A DNA stretch of 62,850 bases, filler included, from Octopus bimaculoides (Eukaryota), in the NCBI RefSeq assembly GCF_001194135.2. It is 6 parts of 4 records of this genome, joined end to end, with 100 filler letters (N's around TTAATTAATTAA, not from the genome) between each part and the next. Parts side by side here need not be neighbours in the genome. Positions count along the whole stretch, not along the records: positions 14,699 to 30,608 come from NC_068983.1; positions 30,709 to 46,341 come from NC_068983.1; 4 more parts are not named here. One strand, 5' to 3'. Shown here piece by piece: positions 26,296 to 39,727 of this stretch. Positions within the stretch are counted from its first letter, which is position 1, and every line of letters starts with the position of its first letter. A program made the translations under genes and the position numbers. The notes under the pieces are model-generated. The model saw nothing but the letters and a program-made list of their open reading frames with translations, did no database searches and was not told the DNA's origin.

Positions 26296-26490
26296 GGCTA
26301 CAGGGGGTCACTAACAGTAAGCATCACGAAACACGAAAACAAATTATTTTAATACACAAACAACGATGGAAAGAAATAGAAACCAGGAAAATTAACACAA
26401 GGAACGACTGTTCTTCAGTTGTCGACTGCCTATCTACTCATCATTTTGAGCATTTAACGACAATATGAGCCTTCGAAGACATTTGCTCCC

Positions 26491-26531
<41 letters not shown>

Positions 26532-27355
26532 NNNNNNNNNNNNNNNNNNNNNNNNNNNNNNNNNNNNNNNNNNNNNNNNNNNNNNNNNNNNNNNNNNNNN
26601 NNNNNNNNNNNNNNNNNNNNNNNNNNNNNNNNNNNNNNNNNNNNNNNNNNNNNNNNNNNNNNNNNNNNNNNNNNNNNNNNNNNNNNNNNNNNNNNNNNNN
26701 NNNNNNNNNNNNNNNNNNNNNNNNNNNNNNNNNNNNNNNNNNNNNNNNNNNNNNNNNNNNNNNNNNNNNNNNNNNNNNNNNNNNNNNNNNNNNNNNNNNN
26801 NNNNNNNNNNNNNNNNNNNNNNNNNNNNNNNNNNNNNNNNNNNNNNNNNNNNNNNNNNNNNNNNNNNNNNNNNNNNNNNNNNNNNNNNNNNNNNNNNNNN
26901 NNNNNNNNNNNNNNNNNNNNNNNNNNNNNNNNNNNNNNNNNNNNNNNNNNNNNNNNNNNNNNNNNNNNNNNNNNNNNNNNNNNNNNNNNNNNNNNNNNNN
27001 NNNNNNNNNNNNNNNNNNNNNNNNNNNNNNNNNNNNNNNNNNNNNNNNNNNNNNNNNNNNNNNNNNNNNNNNNNNNNNNNNNNNNNNNNNNNNNNNNNNN
27101 NNNNNNNNNNNNNNNNNNNNNNNNNNNNNNNNNNNNNNNNNNNNNNNNNNNNNNNNNNNNNNNNNNNNNNNNNNNNNNNNNNNNNNNNNNNNNNNNNNNN
27201 NNNNNNNNNNNNNNNNNNNNNNNNNNNNNNNNNNNNNNNNNNNNNNNNNNNNNNNNNNNNNNNNNNNNNNNNNNNNNNNNNNNNNNNNNNNNNNNNNNNN
27301 NNNNNNNNNNNNNNNNNNNNNNNNNNNNNNNNNNNNNNNNNNNNNNNNNNNNNNC

Positions 27356-27668
27356 ATATCACAAATTCCTTCTCTTGCACCTCTTCCAGTCCCATATTCT
27401 GTATTAGATGCAATCTCTGTAGTAAAATATATGCAGGTGAGACGGGCCGCCGGCTGGCCGACTGGTTCACCGAACATCTAAGGGTTGTTCAGCTACGTTC
27501 GAACACCTCCATCACACGTCACTTCGCTTGGTCAACCACACATCTCCATCTTTGGCCTAGCTCTGCACCACGGAGTCACACACTCGCGACTCCGCCTGGA
27601 ACAGCGTTATATTTTCAATCGACGAACAACTATCTCCTTCGGACTAAACACAACCCCCTCCTCCTAAT
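27356..27668 (+). mobile_element. Penelope-like element GIY-YIG endonuclease C-terminus (one frameshift)
   Basis: SFSCTSSSPIFCIRCNLCSKIYAGETGRRLADWFTEHLR...RHF, then SIFGL...RLRLEQRYIFN...FGLN. Confidence 0.88.
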
Positions 27669-27799
27669 GACAGTCTCTACAACCTCCTGCAAAAAGCAAC
27701 TTTATTTCCTATTTTGTTTTTTATTAAACCATTTTATATTGTATTAATTTCTTCTTTATCCCCTATCAACTTTTTTTATAATTCATTATATTTTATTTC

Positions 27800-29222
27800 T
27801 ATATACACGCACAGATACATACTCACACGTACATATACCTCCCACACATACAACGCACACGCGCCCATAGACGCGCACGCACATACACACATGCCCATAC
27901 GCACATACACACATGCACACACATATACAGACGCACTTACACGCACACACGTACACACAAATATACACAAGCACACACACATACATACATACATTCGAAC
28001 ATGTACGCACACCTACCTCCCCCACACACAGCATACACTTATACAGACACGCACACAACTATATACTCATTGACATAAGCACACGCGCACACGCGCGCAC
28101 ACGCACATAAGCACGCGCACGCACGCACACACACACACACAGGAAAGCATATATACCCTCACACAAACCTATACACACGCATACAGAAACTGACATACAC
28201 ACACATTCACACGCACATATATACACATAAGCACATACACGCACAAACAATATATACATACGCACACACACATACATACACACACGTACACTCACATACG
28301 CATACGAACACACACACACGTGAGCACGCAAACGCACTCGCACACAAGTACACACATACAAGTACACACATATACACACATACACATGCACGCACACACA
28401 CGCACGTGCACATGCACACGAATGGAAACATACCTAACACTCACAAACCCACGCACACATGTACACACACCAACATACACACACACGCATACATAAACAC
28501 ACGCACATAAACATTCACACGCGCGCACACACCCGCCCGTGCATACGCGCGTCAGAGACGCACATGTACCTCCACACAGAACCCCTCATTCACACACACA
28601 CACACTCACATACAGACGCACACACGCATGCATACACACAAGATACACACGCACACACATACACACTCGCACACGCAAATGAACCCACACATACCTCCCA
28701 CACACACACAGTACACACATACATACACGCACACAATTATACAGATATGGACAAACACACACACGCACATACACGTACACACGCACCCACACAAAGTAAC
28801 GCACATTTGCTCCAAAGACACAACCCACACAAAAGCTCATGCATACATACATACACACATGTGCACACATACATACACACACACGTACAAACAAACACAG
28901 GCACACACTGTACACAAAACACACAAACATACATATACATAGACACACACACACATGCTTCAAAACTACCAGTTAAACACCTTTCTTCTTCGCACATGTG
29001 AAGGGAGACACACAAAAGAGAGCCACTCCTACCTAAAATTCCTACTGTAAATTCTTGTATGACATTAAGCGACGCGAAGTCTACTCACGCACGCACGCAC
29101 ACATATAACCAGCCAAGACCACATACACGCGCACACACACACACACATACGCACATATACATGCTATTATTACACACACACAGAGACCTGCGCGCACGCA
29201 TATAGCCACACATACACATATG
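27800..29222. repeat. Long cryptic (CA)-rich satellite
   Basis: About 1.4 kb of degenerate CA/CG/TA dinucleotide sequence. Confidence 0.95.
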
Positions 29223-29372
29223 CATCTACTCTTGTACTCCCTTGTCTTAGAAAGAACTTTTTCTTCACCAATTCCCTTTCGGTCATTTCAAAATATAAGC
29301 ACATACACGCACGTGTGTATCGTTGGCGACTTTCTTCTTCCGTCTTCCCTTCCTTTGGACTTTCCTCTATTT

Positions 29373-29395
29373 CTGAAGATGAGCTTGGCTCGAAA
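29373..29395 (+). ncRNA. Hammerhead ribozyme core remnant
   Basis: CTGAAGA-T-GAGC-ttg-GCTC-GAAAC. Stems I and III do not pair, so it is probably inactive. Confidence 0.5.
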
Positions 29396-29518
29396 CATTT
29401 CATCGTCTTTCCTTCCTTTCCTGAGCGTCTGATAATACAGTACTTGTGCCACGTCCTCGCGTTATTGTTTTTTTCTTGTTTGTTCTTTTTTTGAATTCAT
29501 TCTATCTATCTATCTATA

Positions 29519-29558
<40 letters not shown>

Positions 29559-29559
29559 C

Positions 29560-29592
<33 letters not shown>

Positions 29593-30708
29593 CCTACCTA
29601 TCTCTCTCTCTATCTCTCTCTCTCTCTCTCTCTATCTATCTANNNNNNNNNNNNNNNNNNNNNNNNNNNNNNNNNNNNNNNNNNNNNNNNNNNNNNNNNN
29701 NNNNNNNNNNNNNNNNNNNNNNNNNNNNNNNNNNNNNNNNNNNNNNNNNNNNNNNNNNNNNNNNNNNNNNNNNNNNNNNNNNNNNNNNNNNNNNNNNNNN
29801 NNNNNNNNNNNNNNNNNNNNNNNNNNNNNNNNNNNNNNNNNNNNNNNNNNNNNNNNNNNNNNNNNNNNNNNNNNNNNNNNNNNNNNNNNNNNNNNNNNNN
29901 NNNNNNNNNNNNNNNNNNNNNNNNNNNNNNNNNNNNNNNNNNNNNNNNNNNNNNNNNNNNNNNNNNNNNNNNNNNNNNNNNNNNNNNNNNNNNNNNNNNN
30001 NNNNNNNNNNNNNNNNNNNNNNNNNNNNNNNNNNNNNNNNNNNNNNNNNNNNNNNNNNNNNNNNNNNNNNNNNNNNNNNNNNNNNNNNNNNNNNNNNNNN
30101 NNNNNNNNNNNNNNNNNNNNNNNNNNNNNNNNNNNNNNNNNNNNNNNAGGAGGTGGTGGGGGAAAAGTTCTTTCTAAGACAGGAGAGTGAAAAAGGGAGA
30201 TGAATATCTGTGCGTGCGCGAGAGTCTGCGAGTGTGTGTGTGATAACAGAATGTGTGTGTGCGTATGTATGTGTGTGTGTGTGTGCATGGTTTGGTGGTT
30301 TATCTGTTAGTGTGTATGTGTGTTTGTGTGTGTGTGTGTGTGTGACGTAGTGGAAGGAATTAGTAGAAGGAATAGTTAGTGGGTGCTTATGGACAATGGT
30401 AAGTGGAAGTTCAGCAGGCGGTTTTTGAGTATGTGTGTGTTCGTGTGTGTGTTTGTGTGGAGTTGTAGGTGTTGGGTACGTGTGCGTGTGTGTGCGTGCG
30501 TTTGCTATTGTAAGTGCGTGTGTTGTTTATGCCCATGTGTGTGTGATTGTATGCGTGTCTGTGTGAGTGTGTAGTGTTGGTGAGAAGTGTGCTGTGTGTG
30601 TGTGTATGNNNNNNNNNNNNNNNNNNNNNNNNNNNNNNNNNNNNNNNNNNNNTTAATTAATTAANNNNNNNNNNNNNNNNNNNNNNNNNNNNNNNNNNNN
30701 NNNNNNNN

Positions 30709-30788
<80 letters not shown>

Positions 30789-30873
30789 CATATATATACT
30801 ACCTATCTACATAATTTTTGGATAGGAGAATATTAGATTTATAAAACCTAAAATTCACCCCATAATTGCCCAC

Positions 30874-31075
30874 GGGCATATGTCGTAGTGGTTAAATGCG
30901 TGGGCTACTAATCCGAAGATTCCGAGTTCGATTCTAGGCAGGGACCTGAATATTAATACTACTAATAATAATAATTACAACAATGAAAGATACCTGCTGG
31001 AGGGTATATCAGCCGAAACGTAGTGTAAACCACAAACAAGATGAGGAAAATACCTTTCAAATGTAAATTATGTAA
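30874..31075 (+). mobile_element. tRNA-headed SINE with internal (AAT)n and a hammerhead-like tail remnant
   Basis: A box tagtggttaa (30886), B box gagttcgattc (30924), hairpin GCTG/CAGC followed by CGAAACGTA. Confidence 0.75.
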
Positions 31076-33267
31076 ATAATATGTTTGGAGTGATTCTTGT
31101 AGGCTAATCGGAATTTCTCCTTTTACAATTTTAATCAGTCAAAAAAACCTTTTCCTGAAATATTCTGAAAATGTATATTTCAGCCTAAGTCAAATCCCCG
31201 GAATACGCACTCCATTCTTCAGTCTTGAAGGCAGTCTTCACGCCATCACTGTAAATTCCCACCCCTACTAAAGGGACCACAGATCGTGTATTGTTATCAC
31301 TTACTCTAAAACAGCCTGGCACACGTTCTACATCAACGAGTATTTCACCTGCACTGTCTAAATATGAGTGCTTGAATGTTTGCTGTATACAGTGTATTTC
31401 CTTGATGTGTGACCCAATAGTAGTGGGCCCTTTAAATGTTTTCAGCCATTGCTAATTGTAGCATCAATTTCATAACTTCATATTTCTCCAACACATTGTG
31501 TCACTTTTCTGAGATAGCTTTGTAAAGAAAGATTAAGTCTCCATATGCGAATGTCTTCACCTACTGAAGCAATCAATGGATGAAATTTTCACAGATCCTT
31601 TCATTATACTTTAACCCACTCCTAAGTTCGACTTATGCCTGTTCGCGTCTCTTTTCTCTTTTACTTTTCCATTACATTTCCACACACATACTCATAACTG
31701 ACACGCTACTCACTAACCAACACGTTCGTCTGTATATATCACAGTTATTACAAACAGTCGTTGCAAATACTGCTATCACTTGCACCTGGATACATAGTGC
31801 CGCACAAGTGGCATTTTCTGCATGTATGCAATGCATGCAATTCATGCCTAAGATATTAAAATTAACGAAGACAACAAACAGATTGTAACATAATTGTTTT
31901 CTTTTTATGAATGCTAGAGAAAAAGAAGTACATAGAAACCTATAAGTGCCCTGTTTAAATTATACATTTTTATTTTTAAATTGCGTGATTAAGTCCCGGG
32001 CATGAATTCTGGGTCATATATCCTCGTATCTACCAAACTTCCACCTCTTGGTTCTCTCTTCGTTTAGCAAATGGCCTATAGTCATTCACTACTCTTCTCT
32101 ACTTAATGCTTTACTTGCCAAGAAATTTGAAAGTTTCTTGTAGAGAGGAGGAAGAATAGACAAGGTGAGTTGTTGTTTACTATGAAACAGGTGTGTCACG
32201 TGTATGGGCTTGCATAAAATGAAGTGGCAACGGCAGGTCATAAACTAATTATATTTCGCCTGGTTCATTGACACTTTAACCAGTCAAAAATTTGCATTAC
32301 TTCTATATTGTTTCTCTTTCATTATTTTCCTCTTTTTATCTTAGCTCTTTCTTTTTCTCCTGCTTTCTTTCTCTCCCTCTCTCACACACACATACACACT
32401 CACACTGAGGACAGACAGATGCAAGCAAAATATATATCATGTAGTTGCTAATGTCATGCAAGAGCTATTTACATGCATTATGCTGTGTCACTTGACGTGC
32501 ATTATAATTCATAACAGCATATAGCTTTCAAAGAATAAAGGAATAACAACGACACACACACATGCATACACACACACGCATATACACTCACACGCGCATA
32601 CACACACACTCGTGCGCGCACACACATACATGTTGTTGAAAAACAAATACAATGCAAATTAAAATATACGAGTGACAACAGAAGGAAGACCGTACAATGG
32701 TGCATACGTTATCTTAAGGTAAAATTCAAACTATTATTTTATTGTTCGCGCCCATATTTCAATTTGCATTGTATTCGCTTTTTAACAGTTTTAACATTAT
32801 ATATCTAACAAGGCTTCACTTGAACTTCTTTGTTAGTATATATCCATATTTGTACGTGCATATGTGTACGTGTGTGCGTGCGTGTTTGTACATGATTGTA
32901 TGTCTGTCTATGTCTGTACGACCGGGAGTGCGCATTATGTGTGTTTGGAAATAATTGCATTATTTGATGAAAATATATTTAGTATAGTTGTGCAAATTTA
33001 AACTGTTGAACAAGTACAAGTGCGTTCAATGTAAATTTTCCAATTTGTACATCCTTATTTTCATTCTAGAAAAGAGTTGTTCGCGTGTGTACGTACTGCC
33101 AAGTAGGATGGCATAGCATTTAGCGCAGTTTATTTGGGGTAGTTCATTACTTTAGGTTAGCCTGCATAAAATTGAGATATTTATCTTTAAATTTTTACGA
33201 AAGAAATTCACTAATCCAAAATTCTATTATTCCCACTTGCAGTTCATTTCATGCAACTTATTCTCTT

Positions 33268-33467
33268 TATTCTTGCTTGTTTCAGTCATTTGACTGCGAC
33301 CATGCTGGAGCACCACCTTTAGTCGAGCAAATCGTACTCAGGACTTTACTTTGTAAGACTAGTACTTATTCTATCGGCCTCTTTTGCTGAATTACTAAGT
33401 TGCGGGGACGTAAACACACCACCATCGGTTGTCAAGCGATGTTGGGGGGACAAACACAGACAAACAA

Positions 33468-33522
<55 letters not shown>

Positions 33523-33683
33523 TACGACAGGCTTCTTTCAGTTTCCGTCTACCAAATCCACTTACAAGGCTTTGGTCGGCCCGAGGCTATAGTAGAAGAC
33601 ACTTGCCCAAGGTGCCACGCAGTGTGACTGTACCCGTTCCCATGTGGTTGGTAAGTAAACTACTTACCACACAGTCACTCCTA
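33268..33683 (-). mobile_element. Full-length tRNA-derived SINE with internal (TA/TG) microsatellite
   Basis: Reverse complement of the copies at 34518 and 40855: head aggagtgactgtgtggtaag, tail cagtcaaatgactgaaacaagcaagaa. Confidence 0.92.
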
Positions 33684-34517
33684 TTCAGCATTGACATTAA
33701 ATGGATTCTTAAAAAAGCTAAAAACAGATTCTCTCGTTTTGAATTCTTTAAATTTGGAGTAAAGCTCTTTTCTGAATTCATAGGAAACGAATGTAATAAA
33801 ACTCTTTGTGATTGCTTAAATTGGGGAAATGAAAAGCGTCGCCAACCATGAGTTGGTTTTCCCAGGTTTGAAGTTTTGTTTCATAAACTTTGGCGTGAGA
33901 ATGTATCCTATGACCTAAACGCTTTCGTTTTAAACATTTTCTACCGAGATCATATCTTCAAGTAATGCAAAGTGACAACTTCAGTTATCATTTTTCGGCT
34001 TGGGGACAAGTTTACCCTTCCTTTCTATAGAGGCGCATATATCTTCTCTGAGGCTATGAAACTGTTGAAGTATTTCCCCCTTATTTGACCAGCAAACTGC
34101 ATGGTAGTATATCATATCGATATAAACCGATTCAAGTTGCAAGTATTCTTTAAACTGGCGATAGTGCCCGGGATTTTATAAAGTTTAGGGTTGAATCTGC
34201 TACACGCATAACAATTTCACATTTTACAAACTTTATACTGGAATTTTTTTGATAAATTATGCAATGAATCGTTACAATGTTACTCTTTAATCCGTCTTTT
34301 AATTTCAAGATAAACGTGTCTTAGACAAAAACATTGTTGTTACACATATGAACATTTGAAGCGGATGATGTGATTACGTTATTGCTTTCATCGCTTCTTC
34401 ATTAATGTTATATTCTGTAAATATATCTCTAATATTCTGAATATTATGTAATTTTTTGCTGATGTTAAATCAATACTATTTATGAAGATTACTACTTAAG
34501 CCGAATATGATCTATGT

Positions 34518-34935
34518 GAGCAGGCGTGGGTTTGTGGTAAGAAGCTTGCTCCCCAACCACATGGTTCCGGATTCAGTCCCAGGCAAGTGTCTTCTATTAT
34601 AGCATCGAGCCGACCAAAGCCTTGTGAGAGGATTTGGTAAACGAAAACTGAAAGAAGCCCGTCGTTTATATATATATTTATATATATATATATATATATA
34701 CACTCATATGTATGTCTTTGTGTCTGTGTTTGTACCCTAGTATCGCTTGACTACAGACGTTGTTGAGTCTATGTCCCCGTAACCTAGTGGTTCGGGAAAA
34801 AGTATATGATAGAATAAGTACTAGGCTTAGAAAGAATAAGTCCAGGGTGAGTTTCTTCGACTGAAAAACCCTTTATGGCGGTGTTTCAGTATGGCCGCAG
34901 TCAAGTGACTGAAACAAGTAAAAGACAAAAATAAA
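34518..34935 (+). mobile_element. SINE of the same family
   Basis: Same head, internal (TA)n and tail (gtatggccgcagtcaagtgactgaaacaagtaaaag). Confidence 0.92.
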
Positions 34936-37900
34936 AAAAAGAAAAGAGAATTGTTAGTGAAAAAAAAAAAACATTACTTTAGAAATCTTCTTTTTTGTTA
35001 AGAAGGCTATCTTGTACTGTGATATCAAAAATTTGTTACTGAATTACTGTCCAATTTCTGTTTCCACAAATTGAAAATGTACAAAGTTACATTACGCGAT
35101 AGGCACATGCAGTTACAGCCGCTAATTATCGTAGCAACTGGTTATAAGCGCTGGAAATCGAAACTGGATATTAAATCAACAATTTTCTTTCGTTGATGTA
35201 GCGACTTGAGTAGAGATTGAAATTTAAGGCCTTTGAACGTTCGGATGGTTGTAAATTGACTCTGATTCCCAAAGAAAATTACACGGGCAACTAGTGGATG
35301 TATCCGCAGCGCAACAAACGTTATGAAGGTTAGTCGGACCTTTAATAGTTATTTCCCTCTCATATCAGCTTCACCAAATCGTTTTGAGTGAGAGAAACTG
35401 TGAAATGGAAAAAGAAATGAAACAAAATTTTAATAAATATTCTTTTCGACAAAATTAAACGTCGCGGTTTCACCACTACAGGGACCGCATATGGCCTGCA
35501 GATCATATTTTGTCAATAATTATAATAATTCTAAGCTTAATAACTGATTTTATAAATGGCAATAAGATAATCAATTAGTGAGATGTGACTTAATTTATTT
35601 TGAAGGGAGTCTGTAACACACAAGTGTTAAAAGTCAATGCTGGTTGCAACAGTTCAGACTATGACAATGTAAGGCGTATTTACTGTTGTTTATTAACTAC
35701 ACTATTTCCCTGTTTACTTTGACATTTCTATAACGTTTCCTTTCAAGATAGTTTAAGATGAATCAATAACCGTTGTACAAAATCAATATAAAGAGCAAAT
35801 ACCATTGCCAAATATGTCCCATTAAATATTGAGAAATATAACTAAGATATGAAATATAAGCAAACATTTATCAAATATTTATAACCTTAAGCTTAAGCAG
35901 AACTATTAATTAATGATACATTCCGACGTTGTCATTCTATAAACTTGCCAGTGGAATTTTTGCGATATATGATGAAATATAGGTGGGTTTTAATATACTT
36001 CTGCTAAATTAAACATATGACAATAATTATTCATAATATTGATAAATGGCCAGTTATTTGTAAGGGAAGGCATATCGGAATAAACTGGTCGAACTACATA
36101 TTTCTTGCATATTTCATCAGCTTCAGAGAAATGAAAGCCAGGATCTAAATCAACAAGTTAAAATTGTGCGTTGGAGCAACTTAAGCAAATCCTTTAGTCA
36201 CGTATGTGACAGTTTCTGTCTTTGTTTTGTGTCCATAATAAACAGATTGTATATAACACCGGCTTCTTAAGATTCCTGGTTTCTTACAAACGTATTGAAA
36301 TTCCGTTAGTTTTTAGTGTATTATTCTAGCTTTAGGAAATACAGACCAGATTATATAGTAATGAAATGTACAACACTGATTTTGCTGGTCATGTAAGTTG
36401 ACAGGGTGTTAAATAACGGTTTGCATTTGGCATGTAATGTAGCGTTTGCTATAGCTTTTGGAAAACCATTTTCTGTTTCCCAATATAACACGTTTGCTTT
36501 CTTGTCTAATGCTCTTGGAAAACGCTAGTGCATCCTAAAATCCCATTAGCACAGCCGCTTTGGTCAATGTTTTATCACCAGTTAACGGATATCTTTGAGC
36601 AGAATTGCGCATTTGGGATGCTGTGACAGTGAAGTATTAACTAAGGAATTAGTGCCGTCTATGAAGTAAATTATTTCTAACGGAACGAATTCAAATTCCA
36701 AATCCGTCGCGGTGAACAACAATTTTACTTCTTGCTGCACTGAACTCACAAAACAAATTTCTCACATGTTAAAACCATTTATTATTTTTTTCCGAATAGC
36801 ATTAACCTTTACTTGATTATATGTCATAGGATCATGATGAATTTATATTTTATTCCAATGATTATGTTTTGTAGCAGACATCAGAATGTGAAATCATTAA
36901 AGAAAAATTACCGTCACCATAAAATAACAGTAAAGGAAAAAAAAGTGAAAGAAAAATATAAGCAATCATTCAATTCAAAACGAATTACATTAGAAATGAA
37001 AATGTGGAAATTACTATGGCAGATTTGAAATAAAAATTAACTTTATCGATATTAATAGTAACTTAATGTTGTAAGGAAAAAAATATTATGAGAAAATCGA
37101 TAATAATATGAGAAAAATAAAAATAGCAACAATAATAAGATAGAGTTGAAATAAAAAGCGATAGGAGAAAACCTGAAACAACAAGAACGTTGAAAAGAAG
37201 TCTTCATTACTTCCATTGAATTCAATTATGTTGGATCTTTTGTACTGAAGACACAAAGAAGATTTCGACGATGGTATCAGTTTATCTTAAGAATATCAAG
37301 GATTTTAAACATGTTAGGTTGTAAATCTGTGTCTTTTATTTGAGTAAATACTATAGAATTTATCTCCTTCTCTACACAAATGACAAACTGATAGTAGAAG
37401 AGAAAACAAAATCGATTAATGCATACAATGTGAAGAAGCAAGGGAATTATAATAAGATGAAAGAAATTCGAAGGAGATTTCGTCCCCGCTTTCAACCAAA
37501 AGAAAAGCTTTTCAGTGCATTATATAGACAGATACATGGAAATCCCTATCAATTTGGTTCAGTAAATGTACGAATAAGATAGAAAACGGATAAAGAATTT
37601 CTTTATGAAACGAGGTTAGGATAGCTTGATGCATTAAATTAACAAAGTAAATCCCCCGTCTTTTACTTTTCGTTCTAAATCATAGGCTCACACACAGAAA
37701 ATAAGCCGTATGTATTTTTTGCGTGTGCGTGTGAACGAATTCAAGTCTGAAACTTCAGTATGAATGTGTGTATGTGTGTGTGTGGGGGGGTGCATACGTG
37801 TATGTGTGCATTCGTGTGCATGTGTATGTGTGCATGTGTGGTGCGTGTGTGCATTTGTGGAGGGTGTGTACATTTGTTGTGCGTGTATCCATGTGTGTGT

Positions 37901-38228
37901 GTGTGCAAGCGTGCACATGTGCGTAGCGGTAAATGACAAAATTAGTAGAGCATCGAACAAAATGCTTTGTAATAACTAGTTATACTCACTATAATTTCTG
38001 AATTCAATTCTTACCGAACACCTCTTTCGGTTTCATGAGTTTGGAATATTCAAAGGAGAGAGTAAAGTACAAAGTTTATCTACATAGACTATGACCCTCT
38101 TTTAAAATACACGCAATTTCTGACATGTTTTTGATCTTGATGTGATTATTGTTCAGCCTTAGGCGTCCGACAAAATCCAGTCTAGCCGTGACCACAACAT
38201 AGCGCATAACTGTGTTTGAGTGTAATGT

Positions 38229-38264
<36 letters not shown>

Positions 38265-38415
38265 AATGACACATGCCCCCCCCCCACTTCTCAAAATATA
38301 GACACGCACGAGCAAGTACAGGCAAATAAATAGACAGACATAATTACAGGCAACCGACACACTAATATATGTACAAACACACTGACACGCAAAAAGATAC
38401 TGGGACACTGCTGTA

Positions 38416-38454
<39 letters not shown>

Positions 38455-39616
38455 TTTTCTACCAAAAGCAATACTGTGAAATAATTAAAAATAACGTTTC
38501 AGATTGGCATAGTATTAAGGTGTTCGTCACAATATAGGAGTCTTGTCTCGATAATAAAGTCCATTACTACCGATTCCAAATTGTACTGGTACCTACGTCG
38601 CATTTTGTGATGCTAGAAATAGAACATGGATTCGTTCAAATGATACCTACCATTAGTTCACGTCGGTCTAGCCTCTGTACATATCAGAAAAATGTGAAGC
38701 GTCAATGTACGGAATGTCTTTAATATGCTCGATCAATTTATATCTGCGGCAATATCAAATCAACATCTACCGCACCCCGCGGTTCTATTATATATACATA
38801 TATCTGTGTACAAATACACTCAAATACACATACGCACGTACACACACACACACACACACATACACTCACACACACGCACACACGCACACACACACACACG
38901 CTCGCACGCACACACAGACGCACACACACACACACATATATATTTATATATATAACTATATCTATATCTATCTATATATATATATAGATACATATATACA
39001 TACACTCATATAAATATAATTATATATACTTATACACACACATACACACACACACGCGTACACGCACATACATATGCATGTATGTTCATATAATAGGTGT
39101 GTTAAAGTACTTGTAGTGCAGCAAGGCATTTCGATTAATTAAAGTTATATCCGTAGTGATTACAAAATGCATTATCTTAATGACAAATTCTAAACAATAA
39201 AGTTAAGAACGACAACTCCGGATTTTAAATAATTAAATTAAATGAACACTCAAAAGCACGTGGAGGAGTGCTTTTGACTGACCTTTTACTCTTTCCGTAT
39301 ATGTGCATATGTGTTTTTACGAGTGCGTGTATATACGCGTTTGTATTCTTGTGTGGGTATAAATGTGCTTCTGGTTGATCTCCAAGTTATCTCCAATATC
39401 ATTACAACATTATTATTATTATCCCACCTGCTATACAAACGAAGAAAAAATGTCCTTCACCAAATGTATTCAAATATTCACTTTTCACTTCGCAGCCTAC
39501 GTGCATCGCCACACCGAAAACAACGTTAAATATAAACTAAATATAATTCAATTCTTCCATTCCATAATTACAAGTTATGTGTATATAAATACGCGTGTGT
39601 GTGTGTGTGTTTATAT

Positions 39617-39712
<96 letters not shown>

Positions 39713-39727
39713 CATATATATATATAT

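Noticed and set aside
27714-29015. Many His/Thr- or Cys/Val-rich ORFs, and ORFs spanning N runs elsewhere
   Set aside because: They are translations of CA/TG/TA repeats or of gaps.
37340-37582. 80-aa ORF containing RRRFRPRF, resembling an RFamide precursor
   Set aside because: There is no amidation Gly or dibasic site after RF, no signal peptide and no clear splice context.
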